Source: Octopus bimaculoides (taxonomy: Eukaryota). From it: a stretch of DNA of 64,000 nt. Made by a program: the position numbers and the translations under genes. Shown here one piece after another: positions 13,749-26,209 of this stretch; the stretch's first letter is position 1; each line of letters opens with the position of its first letter. The notes under the pieces were generated by a model, which was not told where the DNA came from, searched no databases, and worked only from the letters and a program-made list of their open reading frames with translations. The stretch is from positions 32,155,735-32,219,734 of the forward strand of contig NC_068981.1 in NCBI RefSeq assembly GCF_001194135.2, read 5' to 3'.

Positions 13749-14433
13749 TTTGTGGGTGCGTGCGTGTATGCGTCTGTTCTTTAGGTTTATAAACTAACAC
13801 CGATGTGGCTGAATGTTTTCAGTGACTCCTACATTCTAATGTTACATACAGTTAGCGACTACACACATCTCACGAAGCTCCCGTTGAGACAAAGCACAGC
13901 TGTTCGCCCAGAGGTTAACAGTTGGAAACATCATTACGCAGTATCTCCGGGAAAACAATGCTTTAACAGCTTTTGAAGCCGATGGCAATGTTCTTTTGGT
14001 GCATTCAATAACTTATCACTTGGATTAACCCCAACGATAAGTGCACCTGATTCTCAAAACTTTCTATTATATATTCCACTTCTCTGTTTCATTGTTTATT
14101 CTCACTGCCCCAAGCTTTTCACTGTTTCTCTTCATATATACGCACGTTCAGTAAAACATTTTTTCTAGTCTTTTGCAGTTTTATATCTCGAAAATAATCT
14201 TCATTCTTTTTTCTTAAGATTTTACAATTTTTTTCTGTTTATTTCCTATTTTCTTCCAACTTAAGCATCGAAACTTGAAAACAACTAGTCAACACGTTAA
14301 TAAAGTACATAGTTATCCCAGTCAAGCACATTATAATATCATTTAATTTTTTCCTCACTCTAGTCATATACCTATCTTCATACCCACCTCCCCACCTACA
14401 TATATTTGTACACAGATATATGTATATGTATAT

Positions 14434-14630
14434 GGGAGATTATACAAAAAATAACAACAGACGAGGACAGGTGGTGTAAATAACAAAAGTATATATTAGT
14501 ATGACGCTCGGGAATACGGAAAGTCTTTGACGTTTCGAGCTACGCTCTTCAACAGAAAGAATACGGAGACAAGGAGAAAAACACGGAGAAAAAAAAAAAA
14601 TTGAATAGTGTTCAGTCAACGGTCAATCAT
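14434..14630 (-). mobile_element. ~195-bp interspersed repeat carrying a hammerhead-like motif (probable Penelope pseudo-LTR / retrozyme-like unit)
   Basis: Second copy at 57037-57228 starts at the identical GGGAGA end next to (TA)n. On the minus strand a pyrimidine-rich tract precedes the hammerhead fold. Confidence 0.7.
14524..14560 (-). ncRNA. minimal type I hammerhead ribozyme motif (variant core CUGUUGA)
   Basis: Minus strand reads TCTTT-CTGTTGA-A-GAGC-GTA-GCTC-GAAA-CG-TC-AAAGA: 5-bp stem I, core, 4-bp stem II, GAAA, palindromic ACGU in place of stem III, GUC cleavage triplet. Activity untested. Confidence 0.6.
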
Positions 14631-14787
14631 AATAATATGTATATATATATAATATGTANNNNNNNNNNNNNNNNNNNNNNNNNNNNNNNNNNNNNNNNNN
14701 NNNNNNNNNNNNNNNNNNNNNNNNNNNNNNNNNNNNNNNNNNNNNNTATATATATATATATTCATATATATATATATATATATATTC

Positions 14788-14821
<34 letters not shown>

Positions 14822-15860
14822 TTTTATATATATACACACATACATACATTCGTATACATGACCATAGATGTAACTATGTTTACTTTTATATTTATATATG
14901 TATACGTATGTGTGTGTGTGTGTCTGCGTGTGTGTGCATACCTATGTGTGTCTGCGTGCATATATACTTACATACGTATACAGTATGTGTGAATGCGACT
15001 TTCCTTGTATGAATGCTTATGAATGGTTTTGTGCATATATACGTACATATGTGAATATATGTCCATACATGTATGCATTCCTACAGACATGTCTTTTGCT
15101 TTCAATTTCTTTTTACAATGCTTGAAGTAATGTCAAGAAAAAATATTTTCATTAATTTTATATTTGGAGTTAAAAATTTTTCGACATAAACGAAATAAAT
15201 AAAATGAAAACTTGCACACGCATGCACAGATATATTCGTAGTAACAAGGACAGGTGCAGGCTCACAGACACACATTTACATGCACATATATAGGCGTGTA
15301 AATATGTATATATTTGCGTATGTGTGTGCGTGAAAGAGAGAGAGAGAGAGTGAGAGTGAGTGCAAGAAAGAGAGGGAGAATGACTGTGTGTGAGTTTATG
15401 TGTGATTGCACTTACGCATGTTCATGTATTTATGAGTAGGTGTATATACATACATTTAACACATGCACATATACACATGCATTAAACAATGAAATCTCAA
15501 ATATAATAGACTCCCGTATTTAATTTATATATGTGAAGAAACTCAAAATCCAGTCGGGAGTTCGGAAACATCAACGTGGATCAAGTATTTCAGCAGACAT
15601 GTACATATACGTGTGTACGTGTGCGTGTGTGAAAGTGTCTGGTTGCTCTAATCTTTAATAAATTTCATATCTAAATTCATTTAGGATGGAAATCATTGCA
15701 GTCTGAAATTTTATATAGCTATTTTGTCTTACGTATTTTAATAGATATAAAAAGAGAAGCAAAAATAACGCGCCATATTATGTAAAATATTTCGGAGTAA
15801 ACTTAAACTTACTTTTGAAATTTTATTACAAAGAAACACATACCTGCCTAAATGAATTAT

Positions 15861-16081
15861 TTATTTGTTTATTGCTCACAGAGGGATAAACATAGAGGGG
15901 ACAAAGAAGAACAGACACAGTGATTAAGTCGATTACATCGACCGCGGTGCATAACTGGTACTTATTTAATCGACCCCGAAAGGATGAAAGGCAAAGTTGA
16001 CCTCGATGGAATTTGAACTCAGAACGTAACGGCAGACGAAATACCGCCAAGCATTTCATCGATTCTGCCAGTTCACCGCCT
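15861..16081 (-). mobile_element. tRNA-headed SINE (family B) with 20-bp target-site duplication
   Basis: Head GGCGGTGAACTGGCAGAATC and B box GAGTTCAAATTCC on the minus strand. Flanked by TACCTGCCTAAATGAATTAT (15841-15860) and TACCTGCTTAAATGAATTAT (16082-16101). Confidence 0.9.
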
Positions 16082-16698
16082 TACCTGCTTAAATGAATTA
16101 TGCAGAATTTTCACCAACATAGTGTAATCAGATTTCTCTAACGTTTCTAATGGTTACTCTACTAATTTAGTTGACATTATTGCAAGTAAAATAATGATCT
16201 AACCGCGGGAACTATTAACGATTTTCTGATAAATGTATCCAGTTGTTGGTATTCTTTTTTTATTGGATCCTCATAACAATCTATATCATGACATCTAAAT
16301 TCTGTTTTATCGTGCTCTCTTATAACACTTCTATATCACAGAAGTATCTCTGATCACGTTATTCGTTCTGAAAGAGGTGAGAAATATGAAAAATAATTTT
16401 CACTCACTTCTGCTGTTGAAATTGACGCTGGAAAAGATTTGATAAGGTTTGATGTTGTAACTGTAAAATTTCTAATTGTTTGTTCGTGAGGCTTCAGTCA
16501 GTAAAATGACTATCAGACAAAGTGCCCACTGGTTTATCAAAATACACATCCTCACACACACACACATACATACACACACACACAGAGCAAAAACATTCAC
16601 AATTTATATATACATATATGTGTGTGTGTGTGTGTGTGTGTAAGAGCGTCTGCGTGANNNNNNNNNNGTGTGTGTGTGTGTGTGTAAGAGCGTCTGCG

Positions 16699-16999
16699 TG
16701 AAGGCGGATCAGTGGTTAGAGCGTCGGGCTCACAATCATGAGGTAATGAGTTCGATTCCCGGACCTGACTGTGTGCTGTGTTCTTGAGCAAAGCACTTTA
16801 TTTCACGTTGCTCCAATTCACTCAGCTGTAGAAATGAGTTGCCTTTGCCTTTCTCTTAGAAAACAGGTGGCGTGGAGAGGGGAGGCTGATATACATGGGC
16901 GACTGCTGATCTTCCATAAACAAGTTTGACCAGACTTGTGCCTCGGAGGGTAACTATCTAGTTGCAATCCCATGGTCATTCATGATCGGAGGGGGTGTC
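16699..16999 (+). mobile_element. tRNA-headed SINE (family C)
   Basis: A-box-like TCAGTGGTTAGA and B box GAGTTCGATTCC, then GTGTTCTTGAGCAAAGCACTTTATTTCACGTTGCTCC; no tRNA 3' acceptor arm. Confidence 0.85.
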
Positions 17000-17399
17000 A
17001 TATATATATACGCACACACATATATATGCAGGTTAAGTCGGAGGAACTTTTGTCAGAACATTGACTATTTGGTACTGTCACTACACGTGTTTACTTAACA
17101 ATGTCAGCCTTAGCTTAAGACGACAAACATTGTCACTTGACAAACCTACAAAACTTTCTAAGACCAGTCATATGACTATCCTCTACTAATGAAGTTCTAT
17201 TCAAAACATATACTAATTTGAGCCATGTACTCCCTATAGAATAGAACAAGCTTGAAACACTAATCAGAAGCAAGACAGTTGCGGCGTAACTCGTCTTTCT
17301 ATCTCAACATTTGAAAATCAGGGTTAACTGTGAAACCGGTTAAATCTTTAAATATAATAAAAACATTTAAACCATTCTGAATGCATGTTCAAATTTTAT

Positions 17400-17438
<39 letters not shown>

Positions 17439-17448
17439 NNNNNNNNNN

Positions 17449-17485
<37 letters not shown>

Positions 17486-17547
17486 GCACAAACACAAACA
17501 TATAGACAGACAGACAGACAGACAAACTGACAGACAGATAGACAGAC

Positions 17548-17604
<57 letters not shown>

Positions 17605-18545
17605 CGCACACAATCAAACATTTTTCACATAAATTTTTCATATAATAACATCGTATGTTGCTGTTTTCTTTTACAGAGTAAGTTGCTAGCATCCTTATGT
17701 AAACCGTCAACGCCACCAGGAATACCAATCGGTTTTCATATTCTGGGAGTGGTTGTTTCCCAAAAGGTTTTGGACAATCTTCTTGAAGGAAAACCAGGCA
17801 TTCACTTCACTTTGTGAGCTTGTTGGTGGATCATAGTCTATTTCCATCTCATTAGTATAACTAGTATCAGACTCTGATGAAATTTCCCGTGTCTCAGGTG
17901 GCACATGTACAGGGATATCATGTGAGTGTAGAACAGGCCTTATTGCTGAAGGAATATTTGGGAATATTATGCGATCTTTAGTCTTCTTGTTGAATACAGC
18001 TACTTTAGTCATACAAAAGTAGCAGTCATCATAGTGGTTCATCTGCTCCCTCCATACCACTGGTATTCCAAAGGGCATACATTTAAGTTTTCCAACTGAC
18101 CACATTTGAAGCTTACTGATGCAGCTCTTGTAAGTTTTGTGAGGTGCAAATGGCTTGTCTTGGTCTCCCAGCTTGCAGTCAAAATAAGCTAAATAGCAGC
18201 GCTTCAACAAAGAATAATATTGCTCTGGGAATCTGAAGGGGTGAATTGTCCGGAAACATAGAAGAATATAGCTGGTGAATTGATGCAGCCTCTATACATA
18301 TTCACAGACTGAAAGTAAAGAAAATATATATTAGATTTAACATTTAAGTCAATATAAGGTAAGCATTTTAATTTATCAATTACTTATGTTATACAAACAG
18401 AAAAATGTAACGTCTCTGTATAACTTGACAACCTGATGTGATAGAGATGAATAAAAAAACATGCCTCATTAATTTTCATTTATATTCAGAAAAGATACCA
18501 TACCGCCAATAAAAAAAAATTATGCAGACTGGTGTTATCACTGTT
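17605..18545 (-). mobile_element. Chapaev3-like (CMC superfamily) DNA transposon, internally deleted
   Basis: From ATG at 18299: MYRGCINSPAIFFYVSGQFT / LKRCYLAYFDCKLGDQDKPFAPHK..KSC..L.MW..GK...MPFGIPVVWREQMNHYDDCYFCMT...FPNIPSAIRPVLHS, then a jump to AWFSFKKIVQNLLGN and RMLATY; the catalytic core is missing. Transposon call is solid; superfamily label is from memory of the motifs; ends approximate. Confidence 0.7.
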
Positions 18546-19488
18546 TTGCTCAGAAACAGACGTTGCGCAATGTATGACATCCATTTGATTCCTTTGTTTT
18601 TCGGGACAACTGCTTAAATACATCTTAAACTATTCGATTAAAATTACATTTAGTATACTCATGATTAAGGAGACATTACAGAAATTGTAACCTGGAAAGA
18701 GGAAGTGATAGTTTGGAAACAGTTGTCAATAAATCTCTTTCTGAATAATTTTCAGCAAAATATTCATATCTGATAAATAAAATGATGTCCATGGCTGATC
18801 ATAATTTTTACACTGTACCCGATCTGCTACGGGATGATCGTTGCGTTTGTATTATTTGATATAGACATTGTTCTTAGTGTTCCACGAGTATCATTTGTGT
18901 TGAGACATATGAATGTACTCGACTTCAAAATTATGTTATATATTTCCCACAGGACAGTATTTCCAATGGCTGGTCTTGTATATTAATTTAGCAACAGTGC
19001 AATGCATCATAGCATCAAGTGGACAGCATTGAGCAGCTGCTGATAGCATGTGCAATGTATCGTATATATCCCTAACGTAATACATGTAGGGTAGAGATTT
19101 CTATGTTTAATACCTTGAGTTGAATACATCGATTAACTGTAAAATACTTATATTTTCCTATTATTCTTACAAATAAAATGCCAAAAGCTCCTAGTCATTT
19201 TTGAAATAAGTGAAAGCAAGGAATGAGATAACTCTAGGAATAATTAATCGGAAATCTTTATGACTGTAATTAGAATACATAATTCTAATTACAAAGAAAA
19301 TGCCAGTTAATCGGTTTTCAATTTATTATAATTATATAGGTGAGACTCATCTGTATAGCTATTCCATTTCCAAAAAAACCTCTGACGCTGTTTCGAACAG
19401 CACTTATATTCATAATCATCATCACATACATATATATACAAACACGCACAGATACATACATACATACAAACACGCACAGATACATACA

Positions 19489-19516
<28 letters not shown>

Positions 19517-19519
<3 letters not shown>

Positions 19520-19625
19520 GAGGGAGAGTCAAACATTATACGGAATCTTGTTTTTCAATTTATTTGCACAAAAGCATGAAATAAACAAGTATTGATACAC
19601 ACTTCATTATACCTTTCAGAAGGTT
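19517..19625. mobile_element. mariner-type terminal fragment
   Basis: TA-TGAGGGAGAGTCAAA start resembles TA-CGAGGG mariner TIRs; no partner TIR seen. Confidence 0.4.
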
Positions 19626-19714
19626 CCCTCTATTCTCCTTTTAGTGTGGCTTGATTTTAGGAAAACATTCGACACATTGTTACATGCTAGGGCGTGCAAC
19701 TGCTTGAGATATGA

Positions 19715-21035
19715 ATGTGGTTCAAAATTTGCTTGTGAATGACCTGAAGATTTATGGTAAAAATGTCAATAATGCCAATAACAACAGTTTCAGGTGAAAT
19801 TGGAATAGAGTTTGGCCGCCAAAAGAAAAGTTCATATTTGATTGTTGAACACTAAAGTTAGTCCCCACCACCACCACTACCGCCAGACCGAAAACCTGTG
19901 CATCAACAGTCTCACAATTTCTCCTGTTCCACACAAAGAATGCTACAAATACCTGGGGATTGAAGAAAATATATAGAAGGTGATGTGAACGGAGATATAG
20001 TGAAATTAGAATATTACACCAGGCTTAGACAGACACGACAATTGGAACCCTCTTCTTATAAAAAGACAGTATCGCACGATACATTTACAGTACTAGTACT
20101 TATTAAACCATTTGGGACATTTGACTGGTTCGTAGAGGAAATGCACTTCATGGACATTAAAACACACAAGCTCCTGACATCAAATGAAAATGTTCACAAA
20201 AACAATGTTATCGACCGGCTACACGTAAGAAGAGATGAAAGAGGTAGAGTCTTGAAATCAGTGCAGACAGTCTTCAATTTTAAGACAGTACCTGTTTAAC
20301 ATCAGCAAAAATAAATACATAATCTTAGTACTGAAAAACGAAGAAGACGACATCAGGCATGCCAGCAGTGAGCTCCTCTGAAACTACTCTTTTCCCGATG
20401 GCGTTCCATAAAGCCTTAAAGCAACCGGACTAACATGCTTCAAGTAAGACCTGGATCTGAAACACGCTTAGTGATCAAAAAGAAAATTACTTTGAATGGG
20501 TATGGTTCCCGGAGGCTCAAAAAATTAAACTATATTTAGATGAAGTGCAGACTTTTTGGGACTTGTGACCGCTATATCAGATCACACTTCGAAGATTATG
20601 CATTTTCAGTAGAACAGGAGTTTGCTACGAAAAATCCAATCAGCAAAAGGGACAATGAAGCCCTTAAAGCCCTAAGATGCAACAGAAGATGAAGATTATA
20701 TCACATTTCTGTGGAAGACATCACTCATATGATTAGCAGCTGTCCAAAAATGTCATGAAAGTACGACATCGCTATGCAACTCGACGTTTTTGCTTAAATT
20801 ATATATAATGTCATTCGAAAAAAAACAGTGCCCCGGAAGAAATATAGAGAATCGCCCTTGTTTTTGAATTCGTACACAAACATTAGCCAAATTAATATCG
20901 GGGGAACATACTTATAAAAACGTCTTTCAAGTATAAACGTAACAGGTCTCATATTTATGTTTGGGACAGACAATAAATATATGTACCCTCATAATGGTCA
21001 GCTGTCCAGTTGATGTGTATATTTCTTCATAGAAT
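19715..21035 (+). mobile_element. degenerate REL-endonuclease non-LTR retrotransposon (R4/Dong-like)
   Basis: Fragments in order: LLVNDLKIYGK (RT5), YKYLGIEE (RT7), KTHKLLT...IDRLHVRRDERGRVL, SHFEDYAFSVEQEFATK, VEDITHMISSCPKM (CCHC), VSCPVD (REL). Many disruptions. Confidence 0.75.
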
Positions 21036-21897
21036 GGGATAACTAGGTTTAAGTGCTTGTAAATCTTCAGCTGTTATAGATTCACATTTATATTAATAAT
21101 AATTGTTGCAATTGGTTTTGTGAGTTAATGTCTGAGTGACACTCTCGATAAGCTAGGGTTTTCAAATCAATTAGCTAATTCGCTAATTACAAATGCAGTC
21201 TCTGTACACAAGATTGTTTTTTCAATCTTAAAATGTGAATATGTTTCTGTTATATGCATTCCAATGACGGAGCTTTTTATTTCTGTTAGAAAATCAGCTT
21301 CTCCCTCGGAGGAATGTTTTAAATATTCAAAAACAGAAGATAACATACCGAGCTATACAAACTCTAGCCAAGTGAAATTAATATTATTTCCTGAGAACAC
21401 CTAATGATAATTTCAGTATTTTCATCAGTTCTCATTCCAGGTAGGATCCACCTCTGTCTGAATCGTGTTAACAATTTCTAAATTTAAATTAATTACGATA
21501 TTTGGTATTATAGTTTTGCTTGATGTTTATAGTTTATAGTCTGATGTTTATAGTGTATGGTGTTATAGTTTTGCCATAGTTTTGCAATAGTTTTGTTTGA
21601 TATATTTTAAAGACCATTTACAGGGGAATTTGTCTTCTAGCCGCAAATATTTTCTCAATTATACGAAGTATTTTAACTCACTATATTGTGTACTAAACTG
21701 TATGAAGTATACATACTTTTAATTCTGGTACTTTCTCTGTCGCTTTATTTTAGACGACCCGTTAAGTTGCTGGAACCCAATGACCAATAACGGTTATAGA
21801 GTATATGTATGTACATATACATGTATCCCCATATCACGTATACATACAAACACACACACACACACGCACCCACTCACTCACACATATTTATATATAC

Positions 21898-21960
21898 ATC
21901 AAATTCATTCACAAGCTATTGAAGGCCCGGGGCTATAGTGCCCAAGTTACTGTACTGTGA
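21898..21960 (-). mobile_element. SINE head fragment (family E; probably the 5' part of family A)
   Basis: ATTCACAAGCT..GGCCCGGGGCTATAGT..GCCCAAG resembles the 48341-48474 copy. Confidence 0.45.
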
Positions 21961-22500
21961 CATTGAGCACAGATCACATTGTTACGAACATCTTCAACAT
22001 TAAACACTTATTTATAGAACTAATTTTTTACATATATATATACATATATNNNNNNNNNNNNNNNNNNNNNNNNNNNNNNNNNNNNNNNNNNNNNNNNNNN
22101 NNNNNNNNNNNNNNNNNNNNNNNNNNNNNNNNNNNNNNNNNNNNNNNNNNNNNNNNNNNNNNTATATATATATATATATATATATATGCACCTGTGGGAT
22201 TCTTCAATTATTATGAGGACGTTCGAAATAAGTGAATCATTAGAATGGATTCTATATGCAATTCAAAAGTCCAGATTTGTCAAAAAAATGTAGCACGCTG
22301 TTTCTTCATGTCAATTTTTTATGAGTACATCTACTACAGAATACCCAGTTACTTACTAATGAAGTGATACGCACTATTTACCAGACAACTGAAACTTGCA
22401 TCATCAATAGTGACGGACGATTCTTGTGTGTGTGTGTGTGTGTATGTGTGTGTGTGTTCGCGCGCGCGTATGTGTGCGTGTATGTGTATATTTGTATACG

Positions 22501-22547
<47 letters not shown>

Positions 22548-22853
22548 CTTCGAATAAATGAATAGAAATGGCTTTTCTGATATTTTTTTTCTATTTTAAT
22601 AACGAGATTTTTAAGCATTTAAGTGTTTAACACCAAATAACTTATAAACATCCAATTATTAAAGTGGAAAAATGACCAATGAAGTCATTTCTATTCATTT
22701 TTTAAAATATATATTACTGTACCAAGGACTTTCTATTTCTTAACAATGTGTAGACATATATATATATATATATATATAAATATATATACACACACATATA
22801 TATATGCATGAATGCATGTTTGTATATATATGTGCATATGTGTGTGAGTGTGA

Positions 22854-22901
<48 letters not shown>

Positions 22902-23098
22902 TCGTATGTATTGAAATATTGATATAAATGGAAAGAGAGACAGAAGTACAAAGCTACAAATACATAAAATATGGTCTCTGTAGATCGCGGCATAAATCAA
23001 CTTATAGTTGGGAAAGTAGCAAATCCAATATCTAGAGAAAAAAGAGAATATTTGAATGCTTAACTGCACATTCAGATAACATTTAGATAGATAGATAA

Positions 23099-23165
<67 letters not shown>

Positions 23166-24460
23166 TAACTTAATAACATTTAAATAAACTTTAATACACT
23201 CAATGTATTTTCCAGCAATATATTTCAGATTGCAATTGAAATTACGAGAGGTGATTCTAATGCTGTATCGAGATGTGACTATTACATTTCTTAGTAAGTA
23301 GAAACATAATGTAAAGGGTGGAGGAGAGAGAAAGAAAAAAACTTTAAACTAGATTTGTTATTCAAGTATGTTCAGCCTTTGGCCCCCAAACCGAAAGAAA
23401 CAGATTCCATTTGCTTAATTATCCTTTCATCTAGTACTTTGCTTCACCGGGAGACATTTTTTTCTTCCAAAAATCTAACAAAGATATTTGAGTCCTCTTA
23501 AAAGTATATCGAGGACAGAACATAGGCCGCTGGCATTCTATCGTTGCTAATGAATCCGAAAAATGAAGTACCGCAGTTATTTTACGTCTACATAAACGAT
23601 AGTGCCTAAGAAATAGGAATTGATACAACTGGCTGATTTTTACAAGGAAATAAATGTATTTAAGCATCTATATATGTATTTACATATGTCTACATCACAT
23701 ATCTATATATATGTAAGTATGTATGTATGTACGTGTGTTTGTATGTATATAATAAATGCATATATATGTGTGCGTATAAATATAAATGTGTGCATGTGTT
23801 TATACATATTATTATATCATTTTATCCATACATATATTTTATTTTTCTATTAGGCGTTCAANNNNNNNNNNNNNNNNNNNNNNNNNNNNNNNNNNNNNNN
23901 NNNNNNNNNNNNNNNNNNNNNNNNNNNNNNNNNNNNNNNNNNNNNNNNNNNNNNNNNNNNNNNNNNNNNNNNNNNNNNNNNNNNNNNNNNNNNNNNNNNN
24001 NNNNNNNNNNNNNNNNNNNNNNNNNNNNNNNNNNNNNNNNNNNNNNNNNNNNNNNNNNNNNNNNNNNNNNNNNNNNNNNNNNNNNNNNNNNNNNNNNNNN
24101 NNNNNNNNNNNNNNNNNNNNNNNNNNNNNNNNNNNNNNNNNNNNNNNNNNNNNNNNNNNNNNNNNNNNNNNNNNNNNNNNNNNNNNNNNNNNNNNNNNNN
24201 NNNNNNNNNNNNNNNNNNNNNNNNNNNNNNNNNNNNNNNNNNNNNNNNNNNNNNNNNNNNNNNNNNNNNNNNNNNNNNNNNNNNNNNNNNNNNNNNNNNN
24301 NNNNNNNNNNNNNNNNNNNNNNNNNNNNNNNNNNNNNNNNNNNNNNNNNNNNNNNNNNNNNNNNNNNNNNNNNNNNNNNNNNNNNNNNNNNNNNNNNNNN
24401 NNNNNNNNNNNNNNNNNNNNNNNNNNNNNNNNNNNNNNNNNNNNNNNNNNNNNNNNNNNN

Positions 24461-24494
<34 letters not shown>

Positions 24495-25472
24495 ACCTAT
24501 ATATATATACATATATACGTAGTATATATGTATGTATATATACGTATATATATATATATATATACATAAATAGATAAATATATATATATATATATGTATG
24601 TGTGCGTGTGTGTGTGTTCCTCTGTTGTGCGTTCGTGTATGTATGTATTTGTGTGTGTGTTTGTGTGCGTGTGCGTCTGTGCGCGCGTGCGCACATGCGC
24701 AAGTGTATGTGTAAGTATATAACCTTGTTCTGCGAGTTATAAGCGCGAAATATATGTATGATAAAAATCTTCGAGAAAACAACATAAAAGTGTGTGTATA
24801 TCGACCTCGATATACACACTGGGGGATATTTATAAAGCGCATGGTCATGTCAGTGCTACCACCTCGTGCCAGCCCACCGATAAGAATACTCCGCATAATT
24901 GTGGTAGGCGGGGTGATATTCTATGCTTTAAATCTCAGTATTCTGAATTTTGAATATCGTAATTAAGTTTTCGTACGTGTGCGTGTGTGTGTGCGTGTGC
25001 GCGTTCTTGTGTATCATCTTTGTCACTCATTGCTTCTTCTTTTGGACCTTTGCCCTCTTCTGCCAGTTGAACCATCGGCACACTCCTAGATCACATTCTC
25101 TACTTGCTTATTACTATTGAGAGAGCTACCTAAGTAGTGTCTACATTTAATGTGTGTGCATACACACACACACACGCACACACGTACACACTCATATATA
25201 TATATATATATATGTATATAAGTACATACATATTCATAGGCATATATAAATACGTATATATTAACGTCAGATTATGTCGAACGAATGAAAGATAAATGCT
25301 CAAATACATCTATATAGGTCACTCAAAGTGAGGTTCAATCTATTGACTTGAGTTTCACATCTTGGCGGTCTCCAGGTGATTGTATAATTACATGATATAA
25401 TGATATTTCTTCGTGTGGATGTTGTCTCGTGCTTGTTGTTGTTTATTGGCTTGTTGTTTTTTTCTTCCTCGT

Positions 25473-25542
25473 CATTGGTTAACTTTTGAGCCTCCTATAT
25501 TTTACCATTGGTTAACTTTTGAGCCTCCTATATTTTACCATT
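25473..25542. repeat. perfect 33-bp tandem duplication
   Basis: CATTGGTTAACTTTTGAGCCTCCTATATTTTAC occurs at 25473 and 25506, followed by CATT. Confidence 0.95.
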
Positions 25543-26020
25543 CGAAAGAATATCGATTTCAAAACAGCCCTCTTCCACACACCCACATAAAGGGACACAA
25601 GAAAAATAAACTCAAAGAATAACAAAGAAGAATGCAGAAAATCGCAACAATTGCAAGTTTTCAGTCACGAAACACAAACTAATGAACGATAAATGCGCAA
25701 GTGTTTGTCCCAACGCTAACAAATATAAATATTTCACCAAAGCGGGTAGCAACATTTTTCAGCTAATGTACGCATTAGCATGAAACCCAATCCGAACCTA
25801 ATAATCATTATCAATAAAAAGTTTTAAAATACTTATGTGTGTTTGTGTGTAATCGGGCATTTCAAATATCATGCTTTACATATAGCATTTGGTAATTTGG
25901 CATCTGCGTTTATGTAGCACCAGTTTCATATCTGCTACGTAAGATTGCATGATTTTAGCTGGTATATGCCAGTTACATTCTTAGGCAATTGATGTTGTCG
26001 TCGTCGTCGGTGGTTGTCTG

Positions 26021-26209
26021 GAGAACGCGCAGACTATTTCATAGGGATGTTGAAGATAAGACCGAAATACATGGAACAAATAGGAGCTGCAATATGGGTG
26101 GAGCACTTGTAGAAAAGTGCACTGCTTAGAACCGCCCGAAAACTCCGGAAGGTGCTCGAAAAATAATAGGTGTTACCTTAGTTCACTGGTAGTGAACAGC
26201 TGACACCGC
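26021..26209 (+). mobile_element. R4/Dong-like LINE 3' remnant with internal deletion
   Basis: FHRDVEDKT joined directly to KYMEQIGAAIWVEHL*KSALLRTARKLRKVLEK plus a 3' UTR homologous to 30804-31000. Confidence 0.8.

Noticed and set aside
16620-16701. Direct repeat (GT)n-AAGAGCGTCTGCGTGA on both sides of a 10-N gap
   Set aside because: Typical overlapping contig ends left unmerged; an assembly artefact, not a TSD.
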